Shown: positions 29,448-40,210, numbered from the stretch's first letter. The stretch is 50,589 bases of DNA from Gemmatimonadaceae bacterium (GCA_033763905.1 JANRJP010000061.1:1-50589); one strand, 5' to 3'. Program-made: numbers and translations. The notes: generated from the sequence alone by a model not told the origin.

Positions 29448-30188
29448 TCAGCTTCCTGCCGGAGGCTCCTCGCGCACGTACCGGAGGTTGGCTCCCGGCA
29501 CCCGCACCTGCAGCAGTCGACCGTTGGCGTCGAGCCACAGTTCCCGCGGCTGTCCGCCCGGGTCGGTCGGCGTGACCGAAAACCGTCGCGCCGCGATCCG
29601 CTTGCCGCCCACGGCGACGGTATCGGCACCGACGGGCGCGACCGCGACGGGCACCGTCAGATTGCGCCGCGGCACCAGCATCGTCCGCACCGGATTGCCA
29701 TTCCGGAACAGGAACCAGAGGTGGTGGGCGACATCATCGTCCACGAGCGCGGCGAGCCCGCCGCCGGCCGAAAACTCGGCCGACGACTCGCCGGCATCGG
29801 TCCGCTGCCGGCTGACCGCCCGGGCGCCCGTCACCTGCAGGGTCCAGCGCGCGGAGACCGCGCGGCCGTCACCCCGCCATTCCATCGTGTAGCTCAGCGG
29901 GGTACCGCCAGCGGTGGCGGTCAGCACCGGGAGGAAGCGCTGGGTGTCGCGCTGGATCGTGGCCTGCGCCGAGATCAGCCCGCCGCCCCCCGCGTCTCCG
30001 GAGGTCCGAATCGAGAAGTCCTCGCGTCCGATCCGGGCGTCCCCCCGAAAAATGGTGAAGCTGCCCTCATCGAGGACGCGCACCTGCGCCACGAGCGGCG
30101 AAGGGCTGAGTGCAGCAACCACCAGCAGTCCCAGGCACGCCAGAAGGCGAGCGCCGGCGAGGTGTCGGGGGGATCGGTCGGTAGGCAT
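29448..30188 (-). CDS. Hypothetical exported beta-rich protein
   Basis: ATG 30188, a signal peptide (LLACLGLLVVAALSPSPLVA-Q) and a C-terminal RELWLDANGRLLQV. Divergent from the kinase operon. Confidence 0.7.
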   Translation of the reverse strand: MPTDRSPRHLAGARLLACLGLLVVAALSPSPLVAQVRVLDEGSFTIFRGDARIGREDFSIRTSGDAGGGGLISAQATIQRDTQRFLPVLTATAGGTPLSYTMEWRGDGRAVSARWTLQVTGARAVSRQRTDAGESSAEFSAGGGLAALVDDDVAHHLWFLFRNGNPVRTMLVPRRNLTVPVAVAPVGADTVAVGGKRIAARRFSVTPTDPGGQPRELWLDANGRLLQVRVPGANLRYVREEPPAGS

Positions 30189-30207
30189 CGGGTTATGATA
30201 CCCGCGA

Positions 30208-33200
30208 ATGAACGGAACGGTATCACGCGCCGGAGGCGCCCGTGACGGGCGGTGGACCGCGGCCGCCCTGCTGAGCGCGCTGGCGATCGCCTGGTGGCTT
30301 CGTGCCCCCGGGCTGGTCCCGGCGACGGTCGGGGTGTTGGCGGCGGGCGCGGCGGCCCTGTTGGCCGCGCGGGTCACCGTTGCCCGCACCCGGATCGGGG
30401 TGGCAACGGTCGCGCTCGGCGTCGCCGCCGCCTCGATGTTGGCCGGCGAGCGTACCCGGGCCGTCACGCGGGCCAACCCAACCGCCGTCCGGGCCGCCCG
30501 CGACACGGCGGCCATCGCACTGCTCAACGACGCGATGCGCCTGTGGGAACGGCGGCTGGTGTTCGCGTCGCGGGCGGCGCTCGACGCTCCGCTCAACACC
30601 CGCGACGCGTTCCGCGCGCTGGACTTGCTGCCGGACGACGTGCCCGAGGCCGGTGTCGTCTTGTTCCGCGACGGCCGCCCGGTGGCGTGGCGCGGGACGA
30701 TCCGCGTCCCGCTGGTCGGCGCGCGCGACAGTGCCGGGACCATCGTCACGCCGTTCTATGTCGCGGTGTACGCGGCCGCCGAGCGCGGGAACGATCGGGC
30801 CATTGCGACGATGCTCGTGCACGCCGAAACGCCCGCCAATCGCTTTGCCCGGGCGCTGGACGAACAAGTGGCGCAGCGGGCCGGCATTCGCGGGTTCGTG
30901 GTTGGCGCGCCGTCGGACGCGCCGGGGGCGCCGCTGTTTTCGCTCCGTGGTGTGCCGGTGCTGGCGGCCGTGCCGATCGCGCTATCGGAAGGGGCGCTCG
31001 AGCTGCGCACGGCGGAGGGGGCGCGCCGCGTGGTCGGCGTCTTCCTGGCATTCGCGATTCTCGCCGTGATGGTGGCCAGTTGGCACCCCGCCGTGCCGCT
31101 ACCGCGCCGCCTGCTGGCGTTGGCCGCGGCGGTGGCGGCGGTGGTCGTCGCACCGCTGAGTACCTATTCCAATGTCACGCGGTGGTTCGATCCGGCCGTG
31201 TACTTCGTGCGGTTGGGCGGACCCTTCACGGCATCGCTCGCCGCCTTCGTGGTCAGCGGCGCGGCGATTCTCGTGTCGATGTACTCGCTCCGGCACGCCG
31301 CGTTGCGCTTCCGATCCCGCGGGGTGGCCATCGCCGGCGTGTTGGTCTTGGCGGGCACCGGGCCCTACGTATTGCGCGACCTCGCCCGCGGCATCGTCGT
31401 GCCCGAGACGGGGTCCACGATGTCGTTGTGGATCGGGTGGCAATTGGCGGTGTTCTTCGCGGCCCTGGTGCTGTTGCTGATGGCGGGGTTCGCCGGGCGT
31501 CGCGCCATCGGTCGCGCCCGCGGTTTTCCGGTGTGGGCGGCGCCCGCGTGTGCACTGATCGCGGCGATGATTGCGCCAGTGTTCTGGCGCGCGCCGGCGG
31601 GATGGCCCGATCCGTACGTGTTGCTGTGGATCGCCGCGGTCGGCTTGCTGGCGCTCGCGCGGCCCAGCCGCTTGTCATTGCTGGCGGCGGCGCTGGTGGC
31701 GGCCAGCGGGTCGATGACGCTGGTGTGGGGCGCCACGGCGCGGGCACGGGTTGGGCTCGCCACCGCCGATGTCTCGGCGCTGCGCGCGACCGATCCCGAC
31801 GCGGCCGCGTTGCTCGCGCGGTTGGCCTCGTCGCTGGCGAGCGATCCGCCATTGCCTGGACGCGAGGCGCTGCTGACGCGCTATGCCGAGGCCGATCTCG
31901 TCGCGGCGGGCTATCCCTTGCATCTCGCGCAGTGGCAGCCGTCGTCGCAGGACCCGGTGGCCAGCGTGACCGTCGCCCCGTTCGCCGATCCCGAGGATGC
32001 GCTCGTCGCGCTGGTCGATGAAGCTCGCGCGACGGGGCGGCCGGTGGCGATTCTTGCCGACACGCCGCCGTTCTATGCGCTGGCCGCCGCCGTCCCGCAC
32101 GCCGACGGGCGGGTCACGACTGCCGTGGTCGGCCCGCGCACGCGGCTGCTCGCGGACGAATCGTGGGCGTCGCTGCTCGGCCTCACGCGCGGCGCGGGCG
32201 CGGAGCCGCCCTTCGAAGTCCTGCTCGCCGATGGTAGCGGCGGCCTGCCCGGCGATTCCCCCAAGTGGACGCGTCGAGGCAACGAGATCTTTGGCGATTG
32301 GGTCATTGAGGGACGGGACATTCCGCTCCGTGTGCACGCCACGGTCGACCTGCGATCGCTGGATGCCGCGTGGCAGCGGGGCATTCTGCTGTTGCTACTG
32401 GACGTTGCGGTCGCGATGGGGCTCTGGCTGTTGCACGCGTTGGCACACGGGGCCGTCGTGCGCTGGTGGCGATTGCGCGTGCGCCGCGTGAGGCGCAGCT
32501 ATCGCGCGCGGCTGACCTTGGCGCTGTTCGGTTTTTCGCTCGTACCCGTCGTGGCCTTCGCCGTGTGGTCGCTCCGCCGTCTGGGCGTCGAGGAGCGGCG
32601 CATTCGCGAACTCGTCGTGCAGGAATTGCTGCGCAACGCGTTGGCGCCGGGCATCGATGCCACGCTCGAAGCCAGAGCGCAGCGTGCCGATGCGCCGCTC
32701 CTGGTGTATCGCGATGGAGAACTGTTCGCGGCAAGCGAACCCTTCTTCTCGGCATTGGCGCCGACGGGTCGCTATTTGCCGCCTGCCGTGCAGTTGGACT
32801 TGGAAGCCGATGCGGCCCTGACGGCCACGGCAATGCAGCGCGTCGGGATGGGACGCGCGGTCGTCGGGTACCGCGGCGTCTCGCCATTGCCTGCCGATGG
32901 CGGATTGACGGTGGTGGGGTCACCGGCGCGCGCCGATGACGCAGGCCGAGATCGGCAGCGCGAAGACCTGGCGGTGCTCTTGGTGGTCGCCGCGGTGGTC
33001 GCGGCCCTTGGCGCGTGGTGGCTGAGCGGCGTCGCGGCCAAGGTGCTCTCGGCGCCGATCGGCCAACTGCGCGACGCCATCGATCAGGTCGCGCAGGGGG
33101 AGCGCGTCGCGCTGCCTCCGACGGCGGCGCCTGCCGAGTTCGCGTCGGTATTCAGCGCGTTCACACGAATGGCGGACGACCTCGCGGAGAGCCGCTCGGC

Positions 33201-34215
33201 GCTGGAGGAAGCACAGCGTCGGACAGCCGCCGTGCTGCGTCAGGTCGCCTCGGGCGTGGTCGCGGTGACGCCCGAAGGCGCGGTGACGCTCGCCAATCCC
33301 GCGGCCGAAGAACTGCTCGGGATGCCGCTGCCCGCAGGGACGCCGCTGTCGATGTTCGCGAATCGAGCCTTGGCGGATCGGCTCCGTCGCTACCTCGACG
33401 CGCCCACCGACTCGGCGCCGTTCGAGATGGCGGTGGGCAATCGGCAGTGGCGCGTGTCGCTGGCGGCGCTCCGCCGCGGTGGTGCGGTGATCACCTTCGA
33501 TGATGTCACCGACCTGGCGCGGGCGCAGCGGGTGCTCGCCTGGGGCGAGATGGCGCGACAGGTGGCTCACGAAATCAAGAATCCGCTGACGCCGATCCGA
33601 CTCGGCGTCCAGCATCTGCAGCGCGCGCACGCCGACGGCCGCGCCGAGTTCCCGCGCATCTTGTCGGAGAACGTCGGCCGGATCCTCGAGGAGATCGATC
33701 GCCTGGACGAGATCGCACGTACGTTCAGTCGCTACGGCACGCCGGTGCCGGCCAAGTCCGCTTCTGATGTGGTGGATGCCGCGTTGATCACGCGCGATGT
33801 CATTTCCCTGGAAACGCTGGGGGCGTCGGAGGTGCACTGGCGTGCCGAGGGTTGCGATCGGCCGGCGTGGGTCCGCGCCACGGACGCCGAGTTGCGCGAG
33901 GTGCTGCTCAACCTGCTCGAGAACGCGCGGCACGCGGGCGCGAGGCACGTCGTGGCGCGGCTGGAGCGGAGCAGCCGCGACGTGCTGCTTCGGGTGCGTG
34001 ACGACGGCTCGGGAATGACCGATGACGTGCTGGCCAGGGTCTTCGAGCCGCACTTCAGTACCACGACGAGCGGCAGCGGTCTGGGCCTCGCGATCAGCCG
34101 CCGGATGGTGGAAGGCTGGGGCGGGCGGATCACCATCGAGAGCACGCCGGGAGCCGGAACGACGGTGACGGTTGCGCTGGCCGAGGCGATGCCGGTCGGC
34201 GAGATTTCGGTGTGA
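30208..34215 (+). CDS. Very large multi-TM sensor histidine kinase (NtrY-like: HAMP-PAS-HisKA-HATPase)
   Basis: H-box AWGEMARQVAHEIKNPLTPI, N-box NLLENA, DDGSG, FEPHFST and GSGLGL. Many N-terminal TM segments. Confidence 0.92.
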   Translation: MNGTVSRAGGARDGRWTAAALLSALAIAWWLRAPGLVPATVGVLAAGAAALLAARVTVARTRIGVATVALGVAAASMLAGERTRAVTRANPTAVRAARDTAAIALLNDAMRLWERRLVFASRAALDAPLNTRDAFRALDLLPDDVPEAGVVLFRDGRPVAWRGTIRVPLVGARDSAGTIVTPFYVAVYAAAERGNDRAIATMLVHAETPANRFARALDEQVAQRAGIRGFVVGAPSDAPGAPLFSLRGVPVLAAVPIALSEGALELRTAEGARRVVGVFLAFAILAVMVASWHPAVPLPRRLLALAAAVAAVVVAPLSTYSNVTRWFDPAVYFVRLGGPFTASLAAFVVSGAAILVSMYSLRHAALRFRSRGVAIAGVLVLAGTGPYVLRDLARGIVVPETGSTMSLWIGWQLAVFFAALVLLLMAGFAGRRAIGRARGFPVWAAPACALIAAMIAPVFWRAPAGWPDPYVLLWIAAVGLLALARPSRLSLLAAALVAASGSMTLVWGATARARVGLATADVSALRATDPDAAALLARLASSLASDPPLPGREALLTRYAEADLVAAGYPLHLAQWQPSSQDPVASVTVAPFADPEDALVALVDEARATGRPVAILADTPPFYALAAAVPHADGRVTTAVVGPRTRLLADESWASLLGLTRGAGAEPPFEVLLADGSGGLPGDSPKWTRRGNEIFGDWVIEGRDIPLRVHATVDLRSLDAAWQRGILLLLLDVAVAMGLWLLHALAHGAVVRWWRLRVRRVRRSYRARLTLALFGFSLVPVVAFAVWSLRRLGVEERRIRELVVQELLRNALAPGIDATLEARAQRADAPLLVYRDGELFAASEPFFSALAPTGRYLPPAVQLDLEADAALTATAMQRVGMGRAVVGYRGVSPLPADGGLTVVGSPARADDAGRDRQREDLAVLLVVAAVVAALGAWWLSGVAAKVLSAPIGQLRDAIDQVAQGERVALPPTAAPAEFASVFSAFTRMADDLAESRSALEEAQRRTAAVLRQVASGVVAVTPEGAVTLANPAAEELLGMPLPAGTPLSMFANRALADRLRRYLDAPTDSAPFEMAVGNRQWRVSLAALRRGGAVITFDDVTDLARAQRVLAWGEMARQVAHEIKNPLTPIRLGVQHLQRAHADGRAEFPRILSENVGRILEEIDRLDEIARTFSRYGTPVPAKSASDVVDAALITRDVISLETLGASEVHWRAEGCDRPAWVRATDAELREVLLNLLENARHAGARHVVARLERSSRDVLLRVRDDGSGMTDDVLARVFEPHFSTTTSGSGLGLAISRRMVEGWGGRITIESTPGAGTTVTVALAEAMPVGEISV

Positions 34216-35972
34216 GCAGTCGCCCAACCCCTTCCGGCGGTTTTCCCGCAATCCTCCTGCGCCTGCCGTTTCATCTGCAGGGGTGGACGCTCCCTCCCGA
34301 CTGGCGCTGGGGCGAGGAGGGGCTGACCGCCGACGCCCGGCACTACCAGCAGATCCAGGATGCGCTCGGACGTTCGCTTTCGCTGGTGAGCGTGGCCGAC
34401 GCCGCGCATCACGCGTGGCTGGATGCCGAGGCCCGCACGCTCGCACAGTTCGACCATCCGTCGATCCCGACCACGTATCACTACTGGACGATGAGCCCCG
34501 ATTCGCCGCGCGGGCCGGGGTATCTGCGCCGATGGATCGCCGGCGAAACGGTCGGGCAGCGCCTGCGTCGCGTCGGGTCGGAGGGCGTGGGACACGCGCT
34601 CCGGATTCTGCGTGCGGCGGGCTCGGCGCTCGCCTACATGCACGATATGCGCATCGCGCACGGCGCGGTGTCGCTCGAGAACACCTGGGTGAGTCCCACG
34701 GGCCGGATGTGGCTCATTGGCTGGCAGTGGTGCGTGCCACGCGAGCGGATTCCCGACGGAATGCGTCCCGACAGTACGCTGTCGGTGGATGCGCCAGAGT
34801 GGGAAGACCGCTGGGAGCCCACGCCGGCGAGCGATCAGTGGCAGTTGGCGGCCGCGACTTGGGCGCTGCTGGTCGGTGAGTTGCCGCCGCGGCACAGCGC
34901 GCCGCCGCTTCGCTTGTTGGTGCCCGAAGCGCCCGCCGGACTCGCGGAAGCGATTGATCGCGGCCTGCAGGCCGACCCGGGGGATCGCCACGCCTCGATC
35001 GCGGCGATGATCCGCGTGGTGGATCGCGTGACGGGCGCGCGGTCGCTGCTCATCACCGGGGCCGGTGATGCCGGTGACGAACTCGGACCCGGTCCGGGGG
35101 CGAGCGACGAGACCCGCGTGCGCTGGGCCACCGGCGACGACTACGAGGTCATCGCTCCGCTCGGGCGCGGTTCCTTCGGCTCCGTGTGGCGGGTGCGCGA
35201 TCTCTCGCTGGGTCGCGAAGTCGCCCTCAAGGTGTTGCACCCCGAGGTGGCGCGCGAGGAGCGCGTGGTCACGCGCTTCCGGCGCGAGGCGCAACTCACC
35301 GCGCAGTTGTCCCATCCGGCGATCGTGCCAATCTACGATTGGGATTCGCGCGGCGCGGTGTCCTACTACACGATGGAACTCGCCGAGGGCGGCTCGCTCG
35401 CGCAGTTGGTGGCGCAGAAGGGGCCGCGCCCGTTGATCGAAGTGGCCCCGCAGGTCCACGCCATTCTCGATGCGCTGGCTGCCGCGCACGGCATCGGCAT
35501 CATCCACCGGGATCTCAAGCCCGAGAACATCCTGATCGATCGCTGGTTCCGTTGGCGCATCACCGACTTCGGTATCGCCAACGTGACGGGCGACGACGTG
35601 GCGGGGGATTCGGGGACGCCGGCCTTCGCCGCGCCCGAGCAGATGCTCGGTGAAGCGCAGGGGCCGGCGGCGGACCTCTTTGCCGTCGGCGCGATTGCGT
35701 ACTTCGCCGTCGCCGGCGCATCGCCGTTTCCGGGTCGGGACCCGCAGGCGATCCTCGCGCGGCAGTTGGCCGGCCAACTGGACTTGACCGACTTTCACCC
35801 CGCCATCGCGGCGTGGTTGCGCATTGCGCTGGCCCCGCAGGCCGAGGATCGCTTCGCCGACGCGGTCACGATGCGGGCGGCGTGGCTCGACGCCGCCGAG
35901 GCGGCGCTCGAGTCGGATCGGGAGGGCGACTCGTGGTGGAGCCGTCTCGTTCGCGGGTTGGGGGCGCGGTGA
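34212..35972 (+). CDS. Tandem pseudokinase plus Hanks-type Ser/Thr kinase
   Basis: The C-terminal domain is intact (GRGSFG, VALK, HRDLKPEN, DFG, APE). The N-terminal kinase-like domain is degenerate (HPSIP, HGAVSLEN, GWQ, APE, SDQWQLA). Confidence 0.88.
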   Translation: MSSRPTPSGGFPAILLRLPFHLQGWTLPPDWRWGEEGLTADARHYQQIQDALGRSLSLVSVADAAHHAWLDAEARTLAQFDHPSIPTTYHYWTMSPDSPRGPGYLRRWIAGETVGQRLRRVGSEGVGHALRILRAAGSALAYMHDMRIAHGAVSLENTWVSPTGRMWLIGWQWCVPRERIPDGMRPDSTLSVDAPEWEDRWEPTPASDQWQLAAATWALLVGELPPRHSAPPLRLLVPEAPAGLAEAIDRGLQADPGDRHASIAAMIRVVDRVTGARSLLITGAGDAGDELGPGPGASDETRVRWATGDDYEVIAPLGRGSFGSVWRVRDLSLGREVALKVLHPEVAREERVVTRFRREAQLTAQLSHPAIVPIYDWDSRGAVSYYTMELAEGGSLAQLVAQKGPRPLIEVAPQVHAILDALAAAHGIGIIHRDLKPENILIDRWFRWRITDFGIANVTGDDVAGDSGTPAFAAPEQMLGEAQGPAADLFAVGAIAYFAVAGASPFPGRDPQAILARQLAGQLDLTDFHPAIAAWLRIALAPQAEDRFADAVTMRAAWLDAAEAALESDREGDSWWSRLVRGLGAR

Positions 35973-38317
35973 CGGCAACCCCGTCGCTCGATCGCGCGAC
36001 GCTCGAGACGTACTGGCGTGCGGTCTTCGAGCAGAACTCGCTGGCCATCATCTTTGGGGAAGGCGAACGCATCGTCACGGTCAACGACGCGTTTCTGCAC
36101 CTGATCGGCTGGACCCGCGCGGACTTCGAGGCGCGGCCCGTCGTGTGGAGCGAGCTGACGACCCTCGAATCGCAGGCAGCGAGCTACGCTGCGTACGATG
36201 AGATGATGCGAACCGGGCAGTGGTCGCCGTACGAGCAGGAGTATCGCCGGATGGACGGCACGCTCGTGCCCGTGCTGATCGGTGGGGCGATGTACGATCG
36301 GGAGTCGCTCCGCTGGGTCGCGTCGATTTTCGACATCTCGAAACAGCGGGCGGCCGAGCAGGCCTTGGCGCGGAGTCAGGAGCGGCTCGCCCTCGCGGTG
36401 CGCGGCTCGACGGACGGGGTCTTCGACTGGGACCTGACCTCCGACGAGGTCTTTCTGTCGCCGCGCGGCTCGGCAATGATGGGCGTGGGTGTTGAGGGAT
36501 TCAGTGGCGCGTCCGATCGGCTGGTCGCGCAGATCCATCCCGACGACTACGCAGGTTTGCGGGCGCGTATCGTCGAGCACTTCAAACAGGGGGTGCCGTT
36601 CGTCATCGAATTGCGGGTGCGGGACGGCGTCGGCGGATGGCGCTGGATCCAGTTCCGCGGTGAGGCCCGTCGTGGTTCCGATGGTCGAGCCGAGCGGATG
36701 GCGGGGACCGTCACCGACATCCACCGCGGCAAGGAAGTCGAAATCGCGCTCCGCGTCAGCGAAGAGCGCTACGCCCTGGCGGTGCGCGCGACATCGGACG
36801 GCATCTACGAGTTCGAAGAGGGGGCCACCGACGTCTGGATCTCGGCGCGCGCGGCGGAGCTCTTCGAGGTCCCCGAGGCGTCTGCCGGCGGCCGCGTGAC
36901 GATGACGCGCATCGTTCAGGGCTTCGCCCCGGGAGATCTCGAACGACAGCGCGAGATCTTTTTCCGCCAGGTTGCGGCGGGCGAGCCCTATGACTTGCGC
37001 GTGCCGCGCACCAAGCGGAGCGGCGAGGTGCAGTGGATCCGTGTGCGCGGCTTCGCGGTCGAAGACGCGGTCACTCGGCGCCGCAAGTTCGTGGGCAACA
37101 TCGCGGACATCACCGAGGACGTCGCCGCGCAGGAGCGGCTGCGCGAAAGCGAAGCACGCTTTCGACAAGCACAGAAGATGGACGCGCTCGGGACGATGGC
37201 CAGTGGCATTGCCCACGACTTCAACAACCTGCTGGCCGCCATTCTTGGCTATGTCGACGTGGGACTGGCCGCGCCGACGCAGAACGCCGAGCGCGCGCTC
37301 AAGGAGGTCGGCACCGCAGGGCGCCGCGCCCGCGATCTCGTGCGCCAGATGCTCAAGTTCTCTCGCCGAGGGGATGCGTCGCCGCCGCGGGTGCCGCTCG
37401 ACGTGGCCTCGGCGGTCGATGATGTCCGCTCGATGGTGCGCGCGACGGCGGTGAGCAACCTGACGCTCGATATCACGATCGATCCCGAGGTTGGCGCCGT
37501 GCTGGGTGAGCCCGGCGGCTTGCAGCAGGTGCTGCTCAACCTGGCGACCAACGCCGAGCACGCGATGCGCAGCACGGGCGGCACGCTGCGGATCTCGGCC
37601 GAGCGCGTGCGACTCGAGGCGCCGACGGCAGTCGGGGCCTCGACGTTGCCGCCAGGCGCCTATGTGCGCTTGGTCGTCGCCGACACGGGAACCGGCATTC
37701 CCGCCGACCTGCTCGAACGCGTGATCGAGCCGTTCTTCACGACGAAGCCGCAGGGCGAAGGCACGGGACTTGGCCTCGCCGTGGTGCACGGCATCGTCGC
37801 GAGCTGGGGCGGCGCACTGACAATCACGTCCGTCCTGCGGGAAGGTACCACGGTCACCTTGTGGCTCCCTCGGGCGGAAGAGCGGGTGGCGCCGAGCGAC
37901 TCCGGGGAACTGCGACACGCGATCATCGCGCCGCCCGGGATCGGCGCCGTGCTGGTTGTCGATGACGAACCAGCCGTGCTGGCGGTGACCGCCGAGCGGC
38001 TGCAGTTGCTCGGCTACACGGTGGAGCGCGCCGCGTCGGCAGACGAGGCGCTCACCCTGCTGGCGCGCGGCGGTGGGCGCTACGCGGCGCTGTTGACGGA
38101 TCTGGCTATTCCGCACCGATCCGGCGAGTGGCTCGCCGGCACGGTGCGCGCGCAGTATCCCGAGTTACCCGTGCTGCTGATGACTGGCCAGCAGGATCGA
38201 CTCTCCGAAGCCGATGTGATGGCGCTCGGTGCGCGCGCGGTGATGCTCAAGCCGATTGGCTTGGCGCAGCTGATGCAAGTGATGTCGTCGGTGCTGAAGC
38301 CGGCGACGCGTCAGTAG
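35969..38317 (+). CDS. Cytoplasmic hybrid histidine kinase (3 PAS/PAC, HisKA, HATPase, receiver)
   Basis: Three PAS repeats, GIAHDFNNLL, NLATNA, PFFTTK, GTGLGL and receiver motifs VDDE/TD/TG/KP. GTG 35969 overlaps the previous stop. Confidence 0.92.
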   Translation: MTATPSLDRATLETYWRAVFEQNSLAIIFGEGERIVTVNDAFLHLIGWTRADFEARPVVWSELTTLESQAASYAAYDEMMRTGQWSPYEQEYRRMDGTLVPVLIGGAMYDRESLRWVASIFDISKQRAAEQALARSQERLALAVRGSTDGVFDWDLTSDEVFLSPRGSAMMGVGVEGFSGASDRLVAQIHPDDYAGLRARIVEHFKQGVPFVIELRVRDGVGGWRWIQFRGEARRGSDGRAERMAGTVTDIHRGKEVEIALRVSEERYALAVRATSDGIYEFEEGATDVWISARAAELFEVPEASAGGRVTMTRIVQGFAPGDLERQREIFFRQVAAGEPYDLRVPRTKRSGEVQWIRVRGFAVEDAVTRRRKFVGNIADITEDVAAQERLRESEARFRQAQKMDALGTMASGIAHDFNNLLAAILGYVDVGLAAPTQNAERALKEVGTAGRRARDLVRQMLKFSRRGDASPPRVPLDVASAVDDVRSMVRATAVSNLTLDITIDPEVGAVLGEPGGLQQVLLNLATNAEHAMRSTGGTLRISAERVRLEAPTAVGASTLPPGAYVRLVVADTGTGIPADLLERVIEPFFTTKPQGEGTGLGLAVVHGIVASWGGALTITSVLREGTTVTLWLPRAEERVAPSDSGELRHAIIAPPGIGAVLVVDDEPAVLAVTAERLQLLGYTVERAASADEALTLLARGGGRYAALLTDLAIPHRSGEWLAGTVRAQYPELPVLLMTGQQDRLSEADVMALGARAVMLKPIGLAQLMQVMSSVLKPATRQ

Positions 38318-39255
38318 CAGGGGCGCCCGCGACGCAGCGTGCGCTGCACGTTGAGGTTGCGCGTGCCATACAGCCAGCGCACCGGGCGGGCGGTGAGCGG
38401 CGAGCTCTGCATCCGTCGGTCGACGACTTGATCCGGTGCCAGGGTCGCTTCGATCGTCAGATGTGTCAGCGCGCAGTGGTTCTGCGTGGTATCGGTGAGG
38501 CTGATGCTGCTCGCCGTGGTGCCATTCACGAAACCCGCCGCGACGTCCCAGCGGCTGACGCCCGACGCAAGGACTTCGGGAAGAAAGCGGCCGTCGGTGC
38601 CGATGCGCTCGGCGACCATCAGCGCGTTGGTGTCCGCCACCGAGCCGCGGTAATACGCGCTCAAGCGTAGCGCTTGCACCGTGGCATTCGCCGCCGAGAC
38701 ACCCACGAGCCGCGCGGGCCAGTGGAACAGCGAATCCAGCGTGTTCAGGAACGTGATCTCGACCGGGGTCGCGGGGTTCGACGGGCTCGGATCGGTGACG
38801 GCCGTGGCCAAGAGCAGTCGGTTGACGTCGCCGACGGCGGTGAAGAGGAACACCTGCCCACTGGTGATCTCGACGCGCCCGTCGCGCTTGCGCACCGACA
38901 GACAGTTCGCGCCGCAGGCGCCCAAGGCCGTGACGAAGTACGACGGCCCGGCGACCGTGTCGCGAGCGGGCACGCGGAGAATCGCGAGCGTGTCGTTGAA
39001 CAAATTGACCGCGCCGAAGTCGGAACGAATCGGCATCAAGCTGCCCGCGTCCCGAATGTCCTGCTCCAGCGTGAGTGCCAGGTAGCGGGACCGGCGCATC
39101 GAATCGTCGCCGACCTGACTGCGCGCCTGGGTCCTGGCGGTATTGATGGCAAACGTCGTCGCGGCGCCAAGGATGATCAGCCCGAGCGTCATCGCGACGA
39201 GCAGTTCGACCAGCGTGAAGCCGCGAGCGCGACGGTGCGGCAGCGGATGCGGCAT
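38311..39255 (-). CDS. Minor type IV pilin, PilW-like
   Basis: Prepilin cleavage motif RARG|FTLVELLVAM. Confidence 0.8.
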   Translation of the reverse strand: MPHPLPHRRARGFTLVELLVAMTLGLIILGAATTFAINTARTQARSQVGDDSMRRSRYLALTLEQDIRDAGSLMPIRSDFGAVNLFNDTLAILRVPARDTVAGPSYFVTALGACGANCLSVRKRDGRVEITSGQVFLFTAVGDVNRLLLATAVTDPSPSNPATPVEITFLNTLDSLFHWPARLVGVSAANATVQALRLSAYYRGSVADTNALMVAERIGTDGRFLPEVLASGVSRWDVAAGFVNGTTASSISLTDTTQNHCALTHLTIEATLAPDQVVDRRMQSSPLTARPVRWLYGTRNLNVQRTLRRGRPCY

Positions 39256-39656
39256 CACCACGGTGTCCGCGGCACCTGCGTTTCGAGCACGACCGTCTGC
39301 TCTTGCGGCGAGACGACCTTCACCTCGACGCTCAGGATGTCGGCCGAGATCGTCCGTACCGTGACCGTGCGTCGGAAGGTGCCGTCGCTCGCCGCGACGC
39401 CGGTCTCGTCGACGCGCGTCTCGCCTTCGCTCGCCAGCGTGGTCGATGACCGCGTCCGCAGGAACTCGAGATGCGAGCGCGCGATCTGCAGGGCGACGCT
39501 TCGCGTGCCCTCCGTCGAGGCGACGCGCAGCGACGCCGCGTTGGCCCCCGCCAGCGCGAGCACGCCGACCGATAGCAGCACCATCGCGATGATGACCGAC
39601 ACCAGCGAAAAGCCGTCGCGGCGCGCGGGACCCGAGCTCAGACGTCGTCGGGTCAT
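39255..39656 (-). CDS. Minor type IV pilin, PilV-like
   Basis: RRDG|FSLVSVIIAMVLLSVGVLALAG; 133 aa; position +5 is Ser rather than Glu. Confidence 0.75.
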   Translation of the reverse strand: MTRRRLSSGPARRDGFSLVSVIIAMVLLSVGVLALAGANAASLRVASTEGTRSVALQIARSHLEFLRTRSSTTLASEGETRVDETGVAASDGTFRRTVTVRTISADILSVEVKVVSPQEQTVVLETQVPRTPW

Positions 39657-40210
39657 TGCCAGGAGCCCTCGACCGCGCCCCAGATGCGGAAGGACCCAGC
39701 GCCGGTAATGCTGACAGCCGCCGCGCCGAGCCCCGAGGTTCCCGTGAAGTAGATCACGCCGCGCCGGCGGGCGGGAAACGTGACGCCGCGATGATCGAAG
39801 GTGATCGATGCCGAATCGAGCACGATGCCGCCGATGCCGGGAAACGCCGGCACGGCCGGCATTCCGGCGCGGCCGAAGCGGACGTTGGAGGCCAGCGATC
39901 GCGAACCGATCATCCCCGGCCCGGCGAGTGAGGAGTCGGTCGCGTCAAACGTGAGCGAGCCGTTCACGTCGGTGATCCAGGAGTAGGAGCGGCCGCCGGA
40001 GTCGAAACGCACCCGGATCAATCGGCCCGCCGCCAGCGCGCGACTGCGCAGCGACTCGAGGTCGCGGCGCAGTTGGGTGGCCTGCGCCTGCACGGCCTGC
40101 GGCTCGGTGCGACGGACCTGCGGGTACACCAGCGCGACCATCACGCCGATGATGACGAACACCGCCGCGATTTCGAAGAACGTGAAGCCACGTCGACGAG
40201 CCAGGGACAT
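39653..40210 (-). CDS. Minor type IV pilin, FimT/GspH-like
   Basis: RRRG|FTFFEIAAV, L...RSRAL and ITFDHRG. Confidence 0.8.
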   Translation of the reverse strand: MSLARRRGFTFFEIAAVFVIIGVMVALVYPQVRRTEPQAVQAQATQLRRDLESLRSRALAAGRLIRVRFDSGGRSYSWITDVNGSLTFDATDSSLAGPGMIGSRSLASNVRFGRAGMPAVPAFPGIGGIVLDSASITFDHRGVTFPARRRGVIYFTGTSGLGAAAVSITGAGSFRIWGAVEGSWQ

